The notes beneath the pieces were generated by a model. That model saw only the letters and a list, made by a program, of their open reading frames with translations. It was not told where the DNA came from and ran no database searches. The position numbers and the translations under genes were made by a program. This document shows positions 47,801-61,215 of a DNA stretch of 64,000 nucleotides, piece by piece. Where the stretch lies: NCBI GenBank assembly GCA_026026165.1, contig JAPEUD010000104.1, positions 1-64,000 of the forward strand, in the 5' to 3' direction. Position 1 is the stretch's first letter; each line of letters begins with the position of its first letter. The DNA is from Sarea resinae (lineage: Eukaryota).

Positions 47801-49743
47801 GTGAGATGCGATTGATGAGTGAGAGTCTGCTTCGTCTGGAAGACGACCAGCAAGCGAATACAAGAAAAATACAGAGTCTGGAGCAGGAGCTCGGCGATGC
47901 AAATGTCGAGCTCGAGAGCTTGGAGAAGAGCCTTGTGGAAGCCAATACCAAGGTCGAGAGGCTTACCGTCCAGCAGGAATCCAGCCAGAGTGAGATTTCT
48001 TTCTTGCGGGAAGAACAGGAGGGCGATAAGATCAAGATCGGCGATCTCGAGACGGTCATCAAGACTACGGAGATCAATCTCCGAGAAGAAAGGGGCAAGG
48101 CGAAAGAGCTTGAAGAGCGACTGGCAGAAGAGAGACACCAGCACGAAGTCCTGGTCAGTCAAGAGAAGCAAGAAGTGCAAAGGATGATTGACGACCTCAA
48201 TCGCGAGGCGACCGCCGCCAAAGACGAATCGAGGAGATTGCGCAAGAGCCTGTCGTCTCGCGAGGTGGAGGCTACAACCTGGAAGGAGAGACTGATGGAA
48301 CTGGAAAACAACCTTCGAGAAGCGCTCGGAGACCTTAACGGGACGAGGTCTAGTCTTCTCAGCGTGCGTTCCCCAAGCTCTCAGAGCATCACTCAACTCG
48401 CTGATATTGTATGCAAGTCCATCACAAGACTCCAAAAAGAGCTAGATACGACAGTCTCCGAGCTCGACATTACGAAGAACAATCTGGCGGATAAGGAACG
48501 GCTCCTGAAGAATCGCGATAGTCTGCTGGAGAGTTCCGGTCTCGAATCCCGCAAGCTCTCGGAACTGTTGGAGAAGGAACGGCAAGCTCGCCGAGCGGAG
48601 AGACATCAGTATGACTCCGTGCAAAGAGCGCACCAGCAGAGCATCATGACGAACTCGAGGCACGAGACTCGACTGATGGAATTGGAGACTGCGCGACAAC
48701 ATGACCGGAAGAAATGGGTCGGTACGGAGCAGCAGTACAAAGAGCAGCTCTCGGAACGGAACAATCTGCTTCTGTCGCTCTGGAACCGGCTCTCGGCTCT
48801 CTGCGGCACCGACTGGGCTCACAAGTACAGCCTCGTCAACGGTAAGCTCCCGAGTCTCGAAGTCGTCGCGACCGCGCTGCCGGGCTTCAGTAAGAACTTG
48901 GTGCTCGCGGTCAAGACGATCGAAGGTTTGTTGGGCGGCTTCAAGACACGCATCCGCAATGTCGAGACACAATTGTGGAAGGAATACCAGACGCTCGAGC
49001 ACGCGCTCGATGTACGGTCGAAGAAGCTCGATTCGCTGGAGAGTACGGTGCAGCTCGGCGCCCTGGGTTCGGCGCCGTCGCCCGAGCTGGCCAAACTGAG
49101 AGCGGAGAACAAGACGCTCAAAGCGGAGCTGAAATACTTTCAAAAACAGCCCATCTTGCGCAGCAGCAGCGGCGGCGGCGGCGGCGGCGGCCACAAGGAC
49201 CACGGGCGCGAGTCCAATAGCAAGCCTAGCAGCAGCAGCAGCAGCCACAGCCACAGCCGCGAGCTCCTCAGCCGCGGAACTAGTAGTAGAGGTGATGGCA
49301 TCAAAGACAGCAAGCTCCCGGGTCCGATCCCGTCTGATCGTCGGTCGTCGCTCACGGCGGCGTTTTCGCGCCACCATTCCGCCAGCGCGGTCGAGCAGCT
49401 GGAGCGCAACATCTCTTCGACGATCACGCATCACACGCCCGTGCAGTCGCAGCCGATCGAGCCGAGTCATCAGCGCTGGATCTATCGGCTCAAGGAGCTC
49501 GAGCGACGACTCAAGGCCGAGCGCGAGGGCCGACTTCTAGACCGGACGGGGGCGAGGAAGCGGCTCGAGGAGGAGCGGGTCGAGTATGAGCTTTTGAGGC
49601 GCGAGCTGGAGCGGGAGAGGGACAAGAGGATCAGTGAGGGTGGAGCTGGGACGGATGATGGTGGTGAGGGAGAGGGAGAGGGCGAGGGCGACGGGGAAGA
49701 AAGGGAGGGCAGTCTGGGCACGTCGGCTGAGCTGGATCGATGA
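44850..49743 (+). CDS. apsB: MTOC/spindle-pole-body protein ApsB (Mto1/centrosomin family)
   Basis: CM1 motif MTLKEQSSTIDRLTKENFDLKLKIHYL, a long coiled coil, and C-terminal WIYRLKELERRLKAEREGRLLDRTGARKRL. Intron at 46860-46914 and a probable in-frame intron at 48364-48417. A 15-nt (xGYET)x4 repeat lies near 45522-45582. Confidence 0.92.
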
Positions 49744-50018
49744 TTGGTGCTTCCTGCTGCGTATGGATCGACGATGGTGTGGTGTTGAGCGGGGAGTTTT
49801 GTTTCTAGCTCGTATTGGAGTCGGTGTTGAAGGAAAGGGGATATGAATAGGGAGTCGGGGTGATGGATCGATAAGAAAGGATCAAGTCAAGCCACTCGGT
49901 TTTTTGTGTGTGTAGGCTTGTCTCGATAGCAATAGCGTTTAGCGGACAGCTGAGAGCCGGTGATGATAATAGCAACAGTGACAGTGAGAGCAGCGTCGAT
50001 AAGGACAGGGACAGCAAG

Positions 50019-50095
50019 GGTGATGGTGATGGTAAGGCTCTGGTGATGGTGATGGTAAGGCTCTGGTGATGGTGATGGTAAGGCTCTGGTGATGG
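50019..50095. repeat. 23-nt tandem repeat (GGTGATGGTGATGGTAAGGCTCT) x3.3
   Basis: Three perfect copies plus a partial copy, in an intergenic region. Confidence 0.9.
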
Positions 50096-50160
50096 CCATG
50101 GCAATCGCATGAATGGCAATGATAACTACGACGACGATGGCAATAACAAATTCTAATAGA

Positions 50161-50236
50161 TTGTCTTTCTCTTTCTCTTTTTCGTTTCTCCTTCCCTTCT
50201 CTTCTCCTCCCCTGTTTTTCTCTTCTCCTCTCTCCT
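50161..50236 (+). promoter_or_regulatory. Long CT-rich tract (CT-box promoter element or polypyrimidine tract)
   Basis: About 75 nt of almost pure pyrimidines directly before the GC-rich structured block. It is preceded by TTCTAAT and ends at CCTAG. Confidence 0.45.
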
Positions 50237-50238
50237 AG

Positions 50239-50706
50239 GTGCTTGAGGGGGGCGAGGGGCAGCCGTCCGGGAGCCTTGGTGCCCCTGTGGCCGCGTCCCG
50301 CCAGGTCTGCCGGGGAACCACGCGGGGTGCAGGGCCTTTGGCGCGGCCGAGTGCGCGGCGCCGGGGGGAGGTCGCCGGGTAAGTGACGTCTGCCAGGCGT
50401 AGGACGTAGGACGTCTGGACCCGGCGAGGGGCCGTCGAGGTGGTGGGGGGCGGAGAGAGTTACCCGGCGTGAGCCTTCCCCAGGAATCCGTCCTACTCCT
50501 TGCCGGAGGTGGCAGCCTCGCCCCGGGCGACGGGCGCGGCTATTCTCCAGGCCTACGGCCAGGCACTCTGCTTCGCTTCTGCTCTCTCCTAATCTGTCGG
50601 GTTGCACTTCTAGTTTACCGGTGCGTTCTTTGTTTTCTTCGAGGAGAGCAGTGGTGGCGGCGTGGGGAATTCCGGCGTTCTGGCTCACGTCTTCATTGTT
50701 ACAGTC
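50239..50706 (+). ncRNA. Candidate structured non-coding RNA, family unidentified
   Basis: GC-rich intergenic block with many complementary segments: 50249-57/50516-24, 50291-96/50320-25, 50372-80/50419-27, 50393-400/50411-18, 50466-75/50682-91, 50476-82/50663-69 and 50579-86/50644-51. Stem mismatches are G-U on the + strand. It ends ...GTTACAGTC. Confidence 0.45.
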
Positions 50707-50982
50707 GTCGACAATATCACTACCACAACTTCCTGGGACGTCTTCTGATTGTTGATTCAAATAGCAATTCAGGTCGGGCTCGAAACGCCACCACGCACCT
50801 CTACCACATCAAGCAATTCCCCGTAAGCAAAGCCATCTAAGATATATGACATCAGACGCCCAGACATCCGAAACGATACAATCTCAACACAAAGCAAAGA
50901 GAATATGAAAGCACCTCCATAACCTCAAATGTGGTCATTCGAAAGACATCACACATTTTGCGTCAAGACATTGATCCGGCCT

Positions 50983-53672
50983 TTACAGAAAACAGACGAG
51001 CACAAGCAACCCCAGTGCCAGATTCAGGGATACACCCAGACCGGCACCAGCACCCGTAAATGCCAAAGCCAAGGTCGGAGTTACACTCAAAGTGACATTA
51101 CCTCTGAACGCGGTTGCGAGCGGCGTTGACTTAGAGCCCGAGGTAGAGGGCGAATTCCCGTTGATGCCAGTACCAAGCACAACCAAACTGACGGCGATTA
51201 CTTCTGGTGATCCTATCGTTGCATCAGCATCGACGGACGCAATCGCAACTGTGCCCGACTTACCGGCAGATGACGAGGAAGTTTCGTTTGCAATACTCCT
51301 AGACGTGCTCAGTGGTACGTTGTAGATTGTAGTCGTCAACGAACCCTCCGTCAGGACAGTGTATCCGTAGCCTGGAGGAATGCCCCCGACCACTGATACC
51401 GTTCCAGTTGCGACAGGAGAGACAAACAGACTTGCATTCACTGGGAAACCACCACCATAAGCATTACCAAGTATCTCTGGAGTGTAGACTGGAGTGGCAG
51501 ACAACGCGGATTCTGGAACCGCCACGTATCCTGGCAGAGTCTCCGTTGGCAACGATTGCAACAAAGTACTTGCCGGAAGTGGCAGGACGGTGTAATATTT
51601 CACAGTCACATATGCTGGTGACGTCCCCGTGATCGATGACTGCAGCAAGCTGCTGGCAGGAATTGGAAGGACGGTGTGATATTGTACGGCTGTTGAAGTT
51701 TGTACCGTTACCGTCGGTGTTTCGGCCGAGCCAATCGAGCTGACTTGTGAGATATCCACTCTTGTTGGAATAGAGCCGCTGGATGAGAGTGATGAACCTG
51801 TCTTGACAGAAGCGACTTCGGGCTGGGACGACATCAAAACACCACCGGCTGAGAGAGTATTCAAAGGGAATCCCGCGCCTCCTTGGCCGGAGATGAATGA
51901 AGTAGAGCCAGTATTGATGCCCAGAGCGGATCCTGGAGAGCCATACGCTGGCTTTGAAGAGACCCCAACAGAATTAGCGGACACGGATACGGCGATTCCA
52001 GCTCCACTTGACTTCGAGACTGCGAGACTGCTTGCTACGTCTGCGAGAGATCCGATGATCGTTATCGAGCTTTCAGAGGCCAGAGCGACAGATGATGGAG
52101 TCTCGGAGAGCAAAGATGACTGAACTGGAAGGGTTGAGCCTCGCGAGGACAATACTGGCCCCGTTGCGGTATCCGACGACGCAAATCCAGGTCTGGAAGT
52201 GCCACCGACCGCATAGGGTGCAAGTGTAGAGTTAATTACTGACCCCATGCTTGATGAACTTGAGACAGGCGACAAGAGAGCAGAGGGAATCGGAACGACA
52301 GAAGATACCACAAGCTGAGAAGTCAACACGGAGCTCTTTTCGTTGCCAGTCAAGGGGAAAGTTCCATTCGAAAAAGACGAGACTGAAGATGCGACCGTCG
52401 TTGCTACACGACCTGTGAGAGTGAGAGACGACAAGACAGTCACATCCTCGCGGCTCGAAGAGGACAACGAGGGCCGTTCAGTACTTTGTGTGGACCCTAC
52501 TGGCAATGTTTGGTTGACAGCAACAACGGTCGTTCGGGTCGAAGATCCCTTAAGTAGGACCGTGAGACTGGCCTGGAGAGCACTGGTAGGCGTACCTATT
52601 CTGCTCGAGCTGGAAAGGCCCACTACTTGAGAGAGCATGGACGTGGAACTAGATACACTCGAGACATTGACTTGCGTGAGGGCAGAGGGAATCTCCGTGA
52701 TGCCGGTGGATGTTATCGACGTAACGGGAAACGGAGAGGTTGCCGGCTGCACAGATGAAGCAGAAGAGCCTCCAGTCTGGCTTGAAGCTTGTCCTTGGAC
52801 CGCCGATGCTGATAAAGCCACCGTCACCGGAGAGATAGTGGTTGACACAGCAATGGTCGAGGTGACGACCACAGTCGACTCGGCGGGGCAGTAAGAGACA
52901 GTCGGGGCACAGCTTGTGACGGTATATTCTCGTGTCGAGTAGATGGTAGAGGTAGTCAATTGAGTTGAAGCCTTGATGAATTAGTGCAAGTTCACAGTGC
53001 CGAAGAGCAAACCAACCTGATCGCCGATTGGGGCAGTACCGCCTACGAGAACTACCGCAGTGTATGCGGCACTGGCGGAGATGCCAGCTGCAGAGCCCAT
53101 CGCAGTGGACTGGTCTCCCAGAGTAGAAGGATAGTATGGAGCAACGGTAGAAGAGCTCATATCGTCATTCGATATCAGGCCGGTAAGCAAAGAGGTAGCG
53201 ACTGCCAGAGGGATGGATAGATTTCCGATGTCATTACCATACTGGTCTGAAGAATGTCAGTGAGTGTGAGAGCACGAAATGAGGTGATAGATGATGAGAT
53301 GATATGCAAGAACAATTGCCAGTGGATTGAAAAAGGCGAATGACGAGGGCAAAGACGGACACGCGTCTTTGCATTCAGTATGGGATAATGACACGTCGAG
53401 ACGCTCTGATGATTGCAGGAACACATCAAGAAAGCAAATCTAGCGTCGATGACTGGGCATCATGAAGGCTACTCACCATATGCGCGAACCGAGAGGTCAA
53501 TGTCTGACAGCATCAGGATCAGCACAAGCTCACAAGACGACAGGGTAAGAACGGTAAGGCACGCGGAGCTGAGGGCTTCATCTGGCTCCAACTTACCTTG
53601 TCGTTTCTCTGACGCCAAAGCAGCCGATGTGGCCCAGGCCGTCACGGTGACGAGCTTCCACAGTTGCATCAT
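50983..53672 (-). CDS. Ser/Thr-rich GPI-anchored cell-wall/mucin-like protein
   Basis: Signal peptide MMQLWKLVTVTAWATSAALA, several small 5' exons, the cell-wall repeat TTSTIYSTREYTVTSCAPTVSYCP, and a C-terminal FTGAGAGL + hydrophobic tail. The 5' exon structure is partly uncertain. Confidence 0.8.
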
Positions 53673-54896
53673 GAAGCCGATGACCAGTGATTTTCGAGGC
53701 TCGAGAGCAACGAGGAAAAAGAAGAGAGCACTGGTACAGCTTCGAAGAGATGGGAAGATGATTGAACGAGCGTCAGAAAGAAAGCAACGAGCGTGTAAGA
53801 AGATGGAATGATGAAGAATGAAGAAGTTGAGGAGTGGAGTCAAAAGTGGGAGGACTTCGAGTTGAATGGGTGGGGATCTTAGGGCGAGCCCTCAATGTTG
53901 ACTGACGAATGGCTGCCGAATGGCGGACGCAATGACCAGAATGTGGGAGGAAGACCGATGGAGATAGAGGCAGCAGTGGCTTTGTCGAATTGATGGAGTT
54001 GCCACTTTCTCCCAACGGACCTTCTGTGGACGCCGGCCTATCCTCCACTTCCGCTGAGGGATCGAGGAGACGGAAAGCCACGGCCATGCAACGGCAAGCG
54101 GTGAAGATGATGACGACTACATCCAGCACCGTGTGCCCACTTGCACTCGCGGTCGACCAGATCAATGACAGAATGACAGAATGCATCCAGCAAAGTGACT
54201 GCCCACCTCTGTCGATGCGGCTCATCTACGTATCCGATATGCCTTCTTTCGTGCCCGGGGGAACACGCAAGACACCGATATCGATCTCTACATGCCATGG
54301 CATCCATCTTCTCCGGGGCTTTCTCGCTGCAGCCTCGAAGCCATGCATCAGCGACCGTATTCCTCAACCGCGGACTCGACGCCGTGATATGACGATAGTA
54401 ACCTTGAAGATAGTAGGGTACAGATCATTCACCGGCCCCCTTTTCCTCGAGTTGACTGGTCTCGCACGTGGCATCCCACGTACCTGCAGATTGAGAAGGA
54501 CTACCGCGGTAGTGATACCAATATCGACAAAACAAAACAAACGAGAGCAGTGAATGCAGCTTCCCGTTGTAGATAGAGAATCAACCGCGAGTCCGTGAAT
54601 GAATCCATAGATGAATGAATCATGAATCCAGCCCAACCACCGGCATACCTCTTGCCTATAAAAACACGCGTCCCTGCCATCCGCCTTCCTTCACTCTCCC
54701 CTTTCACTCGCCATCCTCACCCACCACTTACCTCATTGCCTCATACCTTGCCCTCCAGATCCCAATGCCCCGTCTCTCTTCACCTCGCAGAACCGATCAA
54801 TCCTATCAACCTATCGACTTCGACGCCGACTCCGACTCCGACTCTGACTTCGAATTCGACTTGGCACCTACCGTAAGAACAATCAATCGTCGCAAC

Positions 54897-55768
54897 ATGT
54901 ATCGCTTTCGGTTGGCAATCCTCGCTCTCTTGAGCTTGATTTGTACCGTCCTCGCCGGAGCAGGTGGTGAGTTCCCACCGACTTCATGCGAGGTAATCAT
55001 GGCTGACTTCAGTCATCCACAGGCATCGCGGGTCTCCTTGACAGTGGCGCCAAAGGCCTCCAGGGTCGTCGTGGTAAGCCCCATCCTGTTTGATGCTGCG
55101 ATTCCGCAACCTTGACCGGCCGACCGACTGACTTTTCAGATCATCAAGTCATCCCCGGTCATGATACCTTCTTCGAGGGCCGCGACTTGAGCCGCCGCAC
55201 CGGTACAGAAGACCGCTACTCTTCAACTCCTGACTTCATCGCTAACCTGCTCCGTTCAGACGATCAACCATCTACCGTGACCATGACCGTGACCACGACC
55301 CTGAAGACCTGTTCCACTGCAAGCCTTTCCGTCGCGATCTTGCCTTCCTCCATGGTCGCTTCGTCCGGACCGTCAACCAGCCAAGGTCCCACTATGGTTC
55401 CTGTCGTCCCGGTAACTGTCTCAATCACGTCAAGCATGACCAGCACTGCGCCCTGCACCACCACGACCGTCGCAAGCAACAGCACTTCCGAGTCGACCAC
55501 CGCGATGGGAGCCGGATCAAAGCCCTCGTCAATGTCCGCTTCAGCTACCTCTGGCGAGTCTTCCGCTTCCGCCTCAGCCACCTCGGCCTCGTCCTCAAAG
55601 ACTTCAATGTCGGCTTCCACAACAGCCACAGGCAGCGTGACGTCCCCAGGGACAGCCAGCGGCCCCTCGACGACCTACAAGCCCGAGACAAGCACCGGAG
55701 CGGCAGAGAAACTTAGTATCTCCGCCCTCCTAATCCTACTCGGTCTCTTCTCCGCCCTGACGGTTTAG
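54897..55768 (+). CDS. Small secreted Ser/Thr-rich, probably GPI-anchored protein
   Basis: Signal peptide MYRFRLAILALLSLICTVLA, two introns (GTGAGT ~54968, GTAAGC ~55074), an S/T-rich body and the C-terminus STGAAEKLSISALLILLGLFSALTV. Confidence 0.8.
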
Positions 55769-56471
55769 ATGAACTTCTTTTCTCATATGACTGGGAGGGG
55801 AGCTAAGACCCAAGCGCTGGATAAGGGTGGATTTGGTATAGTAGCGACTGGTACGGACGGACTTTCGATAGCGTGTACGAGATTGGCGATAGCAGATTCA
55901 AAGTCAACTGTTCGCTGCGGTGATTTTTGTCATCCGTTTCCTAGCTCCTAGCTACCTCCCGAACGACCTAGACAATATGAGGATATCCTCTAGTAATAGG
56001 CCAGCTCAATCAATGAATCACGGATTAGAAATACAAAACAGATAACTTCCATTCCCAGTCGAATCCACCACGTGCAAGAAAAACACGCACAACCTAGAAT
56101 GAAAAGTAAATATGGGAAGTAAAGCGAGAACACCAGTCAAGCGTCAAGATGCATATGCAAAAGAGCAGGTAAGTGGGTAGGTAGGTAGGTAGGTAAGTAG
56201 GTAATGAACGAACACATCAATATGGCATCAATCCCAGTTCCTCCCCGACATACTTAATTTCCATGCTCGACCCCGATACAGAGCTTCCTATCCATGAAAG
56301 CAAGCAAGCAAGCAAGCATACCTATAATGTAAAAGAAAAAATCGCGAAAACTCCGTCCCCACCTACCTGACGCACATATCTCAGCCAGCCGTCCGTCCAC
56401 TAATATACAACCGGGCCATCGATATCATCATCTTCGCCCCACGATAGGAACAAACCACCACCTCAACCACC

Positions 56472-59400
56472 TCAACCCGCGTTTCCTTCGACTTCGACCC
56501 CAACTCCGACCTTGACACAAACCTTACAGCCGCCCGCGATGCGATCTCTCAGGATGCGCGCATGCGTGACCTTAGCGCCCACGCTACGAGAGGAGTAATT
56601 CCGTCGGCCGCCATCCAGAGGCGCGTCGACATCGCCATCGACATTGGCATTGTCGGCGTTGCGGGTATCGTCCTCGCTGGAGGAGGATGAGGCGGATGAG
56701 GAGGGGCGGGTGAGACATCGGACGTGGAAGACGTGGCCGCAGGTGAAGCCGACGAGTGTTTGTTTCTCTGTGGCCATGGGCTTTAGCTTGGGGGGTACTG
56801 GGATACAAGGATAGAGCTGGAGCATAAGAGAGTAGAACAGCAAGAAAGAGGTATGAGGAGCGAACGTGAGAAGTAAGAGTGAGGGCAGAATAAAGGGGAA
56901 ACCATACCATCTTCGAGAAAGGGCCTATGACAGCGAGCACAGTGGCCGGGCTTGGGTGTCGTCTTCTTCGACAAAATGGCCTTCTCATTCTCGTCGGCTC
57001 CCGCCACGACCGCCGCATCGCCGTCGTTCGTATGGCCATAGCCATCATCACCGCTGACATCGAACCTGACGGCCTTCCTCTGACCCGCCCTCAACGCATC
57101 CATGCCCGCCGCCACCTCGCCCCTCAAGACCCTAGCCGCGCCCTCACTGACGCTCATCTGAATCTCGTAATCCTTGAACATGCGCCTGAGGCCGTCACCC
57201 AGGCCCTCGATCTCCAGGCCTTCCGGGATGCGTCGGACAAGCATGATGGGATCGATACTGGTGCCGACCTCCTCGAGCAAGCCACGAATAAACCGCGGTT
57301 TGTCCATCGAGTAATCCAGCAGGTCATCCCAGAGGTCGGGATCGTCCTGAGCCTTGGCGAATTGAATTGCCTGCGGCACGTCGTGCAGCTTGTCGATGAT
57401 GAGAAAGAGCGCGCGCTTGGTCTGCCCCGTTTTGGATAGCAGGAAGACTAGTTCCGGGATGAAATTGCGCTGGTCGCAGATCCGGCATGCTTCTTCGAAC
57501 GAGTACGACTGCGAAGTCTTGAGTAACGCCATTAGGAGGGGTCGGTCGTAGGTGGCGAAGAGCTGGACGGCCAAGTCGGCGAACCCGCCAATATCGATGA
57601 GCGACTTGCCTTCTTCGGCTGTAGATACGGGTTGGGGAGCTGTTGGATCAGCACCGGCCGCAGACGTGCTGGAGTTGTTGGTGCTGCTACCTTGCCAGAG
57701 GGCACGGAGGTAGAAGAACAGAAAGAGGAGGTAGTTGCGGTCTTGAAGTTGCGAAACAACGGTCTCAGGGCGGACCACACCTTGATGGGCTTCGTCGACA
57801 AGGAGGGCTATCGGCTCGGAAGTGGCGGCTTCAAGTTCAGGGATCGGCGCCTTGGCCATCTGCTGTTTCGAGACGCGTAGCATGATGAGGCCTGGAATAT
57901 CGTCTGCTACGGCGTCGACGAGGCGGTAATCGCGAATGAGACCCATCGCTGTATCCGCGTCTTGCAGGCGGATGTAGCATTTCAAGGCTTCCCGTGGCCG
58001 GCCATCAGCGAGCAACAGCTTCGCCAGGCCCTCCATCAAGATCCGCCAGTCTCGACCCTGTTCGCCATCCTGTACAGAGTCTTCACGAACATCGCCAGAT
58101 TTGAGCTTCCCCTCCAGAGCACCAGTGATACTCTTGATGTCAAAGAGCTCGGGCGGCCACTGTTCCAGTAATTCTTTAAGCCGGAGCCGATCGTGGGAGA
58201 TATAGTGTCCCAACACAACCTCGTAGACCAACGATGGCAGAGGCGGGCGGAGCTGGGTCGTCGGGATAAAAGGCGTCATCTCGTCGAATTTGTTGGCCTG
58301 AGCAAACGTCCAGACCCAATGCTCCCACTGAGAAGATGTACCAAGTACTTTGCCACAGACTTCGCCCGCAGCTGCCCAATCGTCACTCTCTATGAGTTGC
58401 TGGATCCAAAGTTCGCCGATCCGACGCTTCTCCTTTTCCGCCGCAGAATTAATGGCCTTGTTTGCAGACGCCGTGGTTTGAGAGGCATCATCGGCAAGGA
58501 AGTCGGCGAGACTGTTCTGCTGGGGTTTCGATGGTGTGCTCGGCGGAGACTGAGACTCCAATACCTTGTCAGCACTGATAATCTCAGGGTGTTCATTGAC
58601 TAGTTCCCAAGCTTCTTGGTAATTTTGCCGTTCCTCCAACCATGACAGATGGTCGGTCAAGTCTCGTTTAGTGGCCAACACGCAATCATAGGGGCTTTGA
58701 ATATAGATCTTGGAGCCTCTACTAGTGAGAGCTGGATGAGTTGCTCGGTCTCGATCGCCACCAAGACCATCTCTAGCGACGCCTGTAAGGCTTGATCCTT
58801 TAGGGCTGGCACCGTCGCTATTGCCCGAACTTCGTATGCTGGCAGCAGAGCCAAACAATTTGGTGGCATTTACGCTGACATCCCATAGCCCCCCTCCAAT
58901 AGCCTCAAAGGCTCCACGTTGACTGACTTGTGCTGGAAGGGAATCTCCTGTCATCACTACACCAAGATGATAATCAGATGCAGATAAAGATTCGAATCGG
59001 CTGACACTTAGTGTATCGACGGTCACCTCTCTCTCCACGTCCCCAGCGAGATCGATCAGTTTCAGGTCTGGCTGGAGAGCGCTTTGGCGGCCATGAAGTC
59101 TGCGTTTTGGAGCATCCTGAGCAGCAGAAGCAGCGTCGTCGTCATTTGAAGTGCTGTAAGCAAGTACAAGAAGCAATGATGGGGTATATAGCGAAAGGCC
59201 AGAAATGATACAATCCAAAACCCGCAATCTAGATGGGTCAGCCTCTATCGCCAATCCCACATGGTGGAGACAAAGGCTTACTTTTTCACAATGTCAGCAC
59301 TACCCGCGGATCGTTCACCAACCTCCCTTCCAACTCCAGTACCTCCAAGGCGGACGTTTATGATCCAGACCGTGTCGCCCCATCCGACCAGCAGTTTCTC

Positions 59401-60768
59401 TCCCTTCCTATCTTTAAACGGCGTCTTATGTTGGATGCCAGTCGCTTGGCTGGAAGCCTGATCCGTAGTGCTTTGGAATATCTCATCAGACTCCAAACGA
59501 CCCTCATCAATCCACTCAGCACGAGGTTTCCAAACAGCCGCCATTTCCTCCCAGCCTGTGCGGTTAGGACGATCAACATGGGCTATGCGCCTCCATGCAA
59601 AGTCGATATCTGCGCTGTCCATGTGAAGGTTCGTGCGCATGATTTTGATGCCTTGCTCGTTCACCCAGACAACAAAGCTTCCAGATAACGACCACTTGAC
59701 GGTGCTTATGGTGCCTTCTCCCGAATGCAAAACGGTATCCTTGCCGTTGCTCGCACTCAGGCCCAAGGAGCCTAGCCAGCCAGAGGCCGTTGCCGTTGCG
59801 CTTCCAGTAGTGTTCGAGGTGGAGCTCGTACCGGCGCGCGCCCCTACTGTGAGAATCAAATTCCCGGCAAGTCCTCCGGAGAGGTAAGATCGATCGCTTT
59901 TGAAATCGGGCGAAAGCGCAACTGCCTGAACGGGTCTTGCGAAATTTCGAATCGTCACATCTCGAGGGTCGACCAAAGAAAAGACGCAGACATTTCCATC
60001 GATGGATGAGGTAGCTATGTGTATAGAGTTTGATGGGGTTGGCGGGAGAGGGGGGAGCCGGGCATTTCTAGCCGCGGGGGAGCTCGTCGAGGCTGTCGAG
60101 GGTGCTTTTGTAGGCGTGCTTGTGTTGTCGTGAGCCACCTTTCTCGGGGTGCTTGTTTTGCCATTGGATTGCGGAGGAGGGTAGGGCGATATGGAGATGG
60201 AGGTGATCGAGGCCGAATGGGCCTTGTAAAAGCGCAAGGATTGGAACGAAGGCAGGGACAAGACATGCTGGACGCAATTAGCTGTAGTTTGTCTCAAGGT
60301 CTACGCAGGCACTTACCACATTGCCGTTATGGGTACCGATGATCTATGAAGCTTTAGCATGTATGCGGATATATCTCAGCAGTCGCGTGAAGCTGCGTCT
60401 GACGCGAGAAAGGAGCTCGGGCGTACCATCTTGTCCCCAGCGACGAGGAATGCGCTGGTGGCATCGCCGTTTCGATAAATTGGGCCCAGACTGCCTGTCA
60501 ACCTGGTGTATTTGAGTCTTGGCTCATCGTCGTCGTCGTCGTCATCCTCCTCATCTTCATCATCCTCTTCATCCTCGTCCCCTTCATGCTCATCCCCTTC
60601 CTCGTCCTCGCTTTCGTCGCCTTCTACGCTGTCATCTTCATCCTTGCCCTTGACCACGTTTTCGGGGTCATTCGTGGGCTCTGCTTCTTGTTCTGCCTCT
60701 GTCCGTCTCTGTGCAGGATTGGTGTCATGCTCACCACTCCACGCCCTCTCATCGGGTTCTGCAGACAT
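56472..60768 (-). CDS. VPS41: HOPS complex subunit Vps41
   Basis: Acidic N-terminus, EPRLKYTRL...DATSAFLVAGDKM|IIGTHNGNV, WD40 region (FARPVQAVALSPDF), clathrin repeat (QDDPDLWDDLLDYSMDKPRFI) and C-terminal RING-H2 (CARC...CGHVFHVRCL...CKVC). Several introns. Confidence 0.95.
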
Positions 60769-61062
60769 GCCGACGGAAGTGTCGAGTTGAGATCATGCAG
60801 GCCGTCGTCCTCGAGCTGCGAGAGCTTCCATTGCTACATCAATACAAGCCCGAGGGCGACGTCAGGGCGCGTTGTTGCAGCAGATTACCTAAGCAGATCG
60901 GTATCCATCACCTCACAGCATCCTGACATCCGAGGCTCCGATGTCGAATCTCCCAAGCTTGCAAAAGTCCCTTTGTGAGAGATTGCAATTGTCAGGATAG
61001 ATCATCCCAGCGGCCTCGTCCCCTGAGATGTTCGAAATCAACCCCCGACTACCACCACGGTG

Positions 61063-61180
61063 ATGCTGATGACAACGATGATGTCGACCACACGCGAGCT
61101 GCTTTGCCGGACTACTTGCATCCAGAACGCCTCGAGATCTCCGTTGTCCAAGCGTTTATTTAGCTCCGCTGCAGCGGCCC

Positions 61181-61215
<35 letters not shown>

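Noticed and set aside
47083..49470. Long antisense ORFs (215, 230 and 342 aa) opposite apsB
   Set aside because: These are typical shadow ORFs of a GC3-rich coiled-coil gene.
50019..50095. 23-nt direct repeats resembling a CRISPR array
   Set aside because: The repeats are head-to-tail with no spacers, the context is eukaryotic, and there are no cas genes.
49939..50760. 273-aa minus-strand ORF
   Set aside because: It has a non-ATG start, Arg/Pro/Gly composition from GC-rich DNA, and runs through a polypurine tract and a 23-nt tandem repeat. It is better explained by the + strand structured element.
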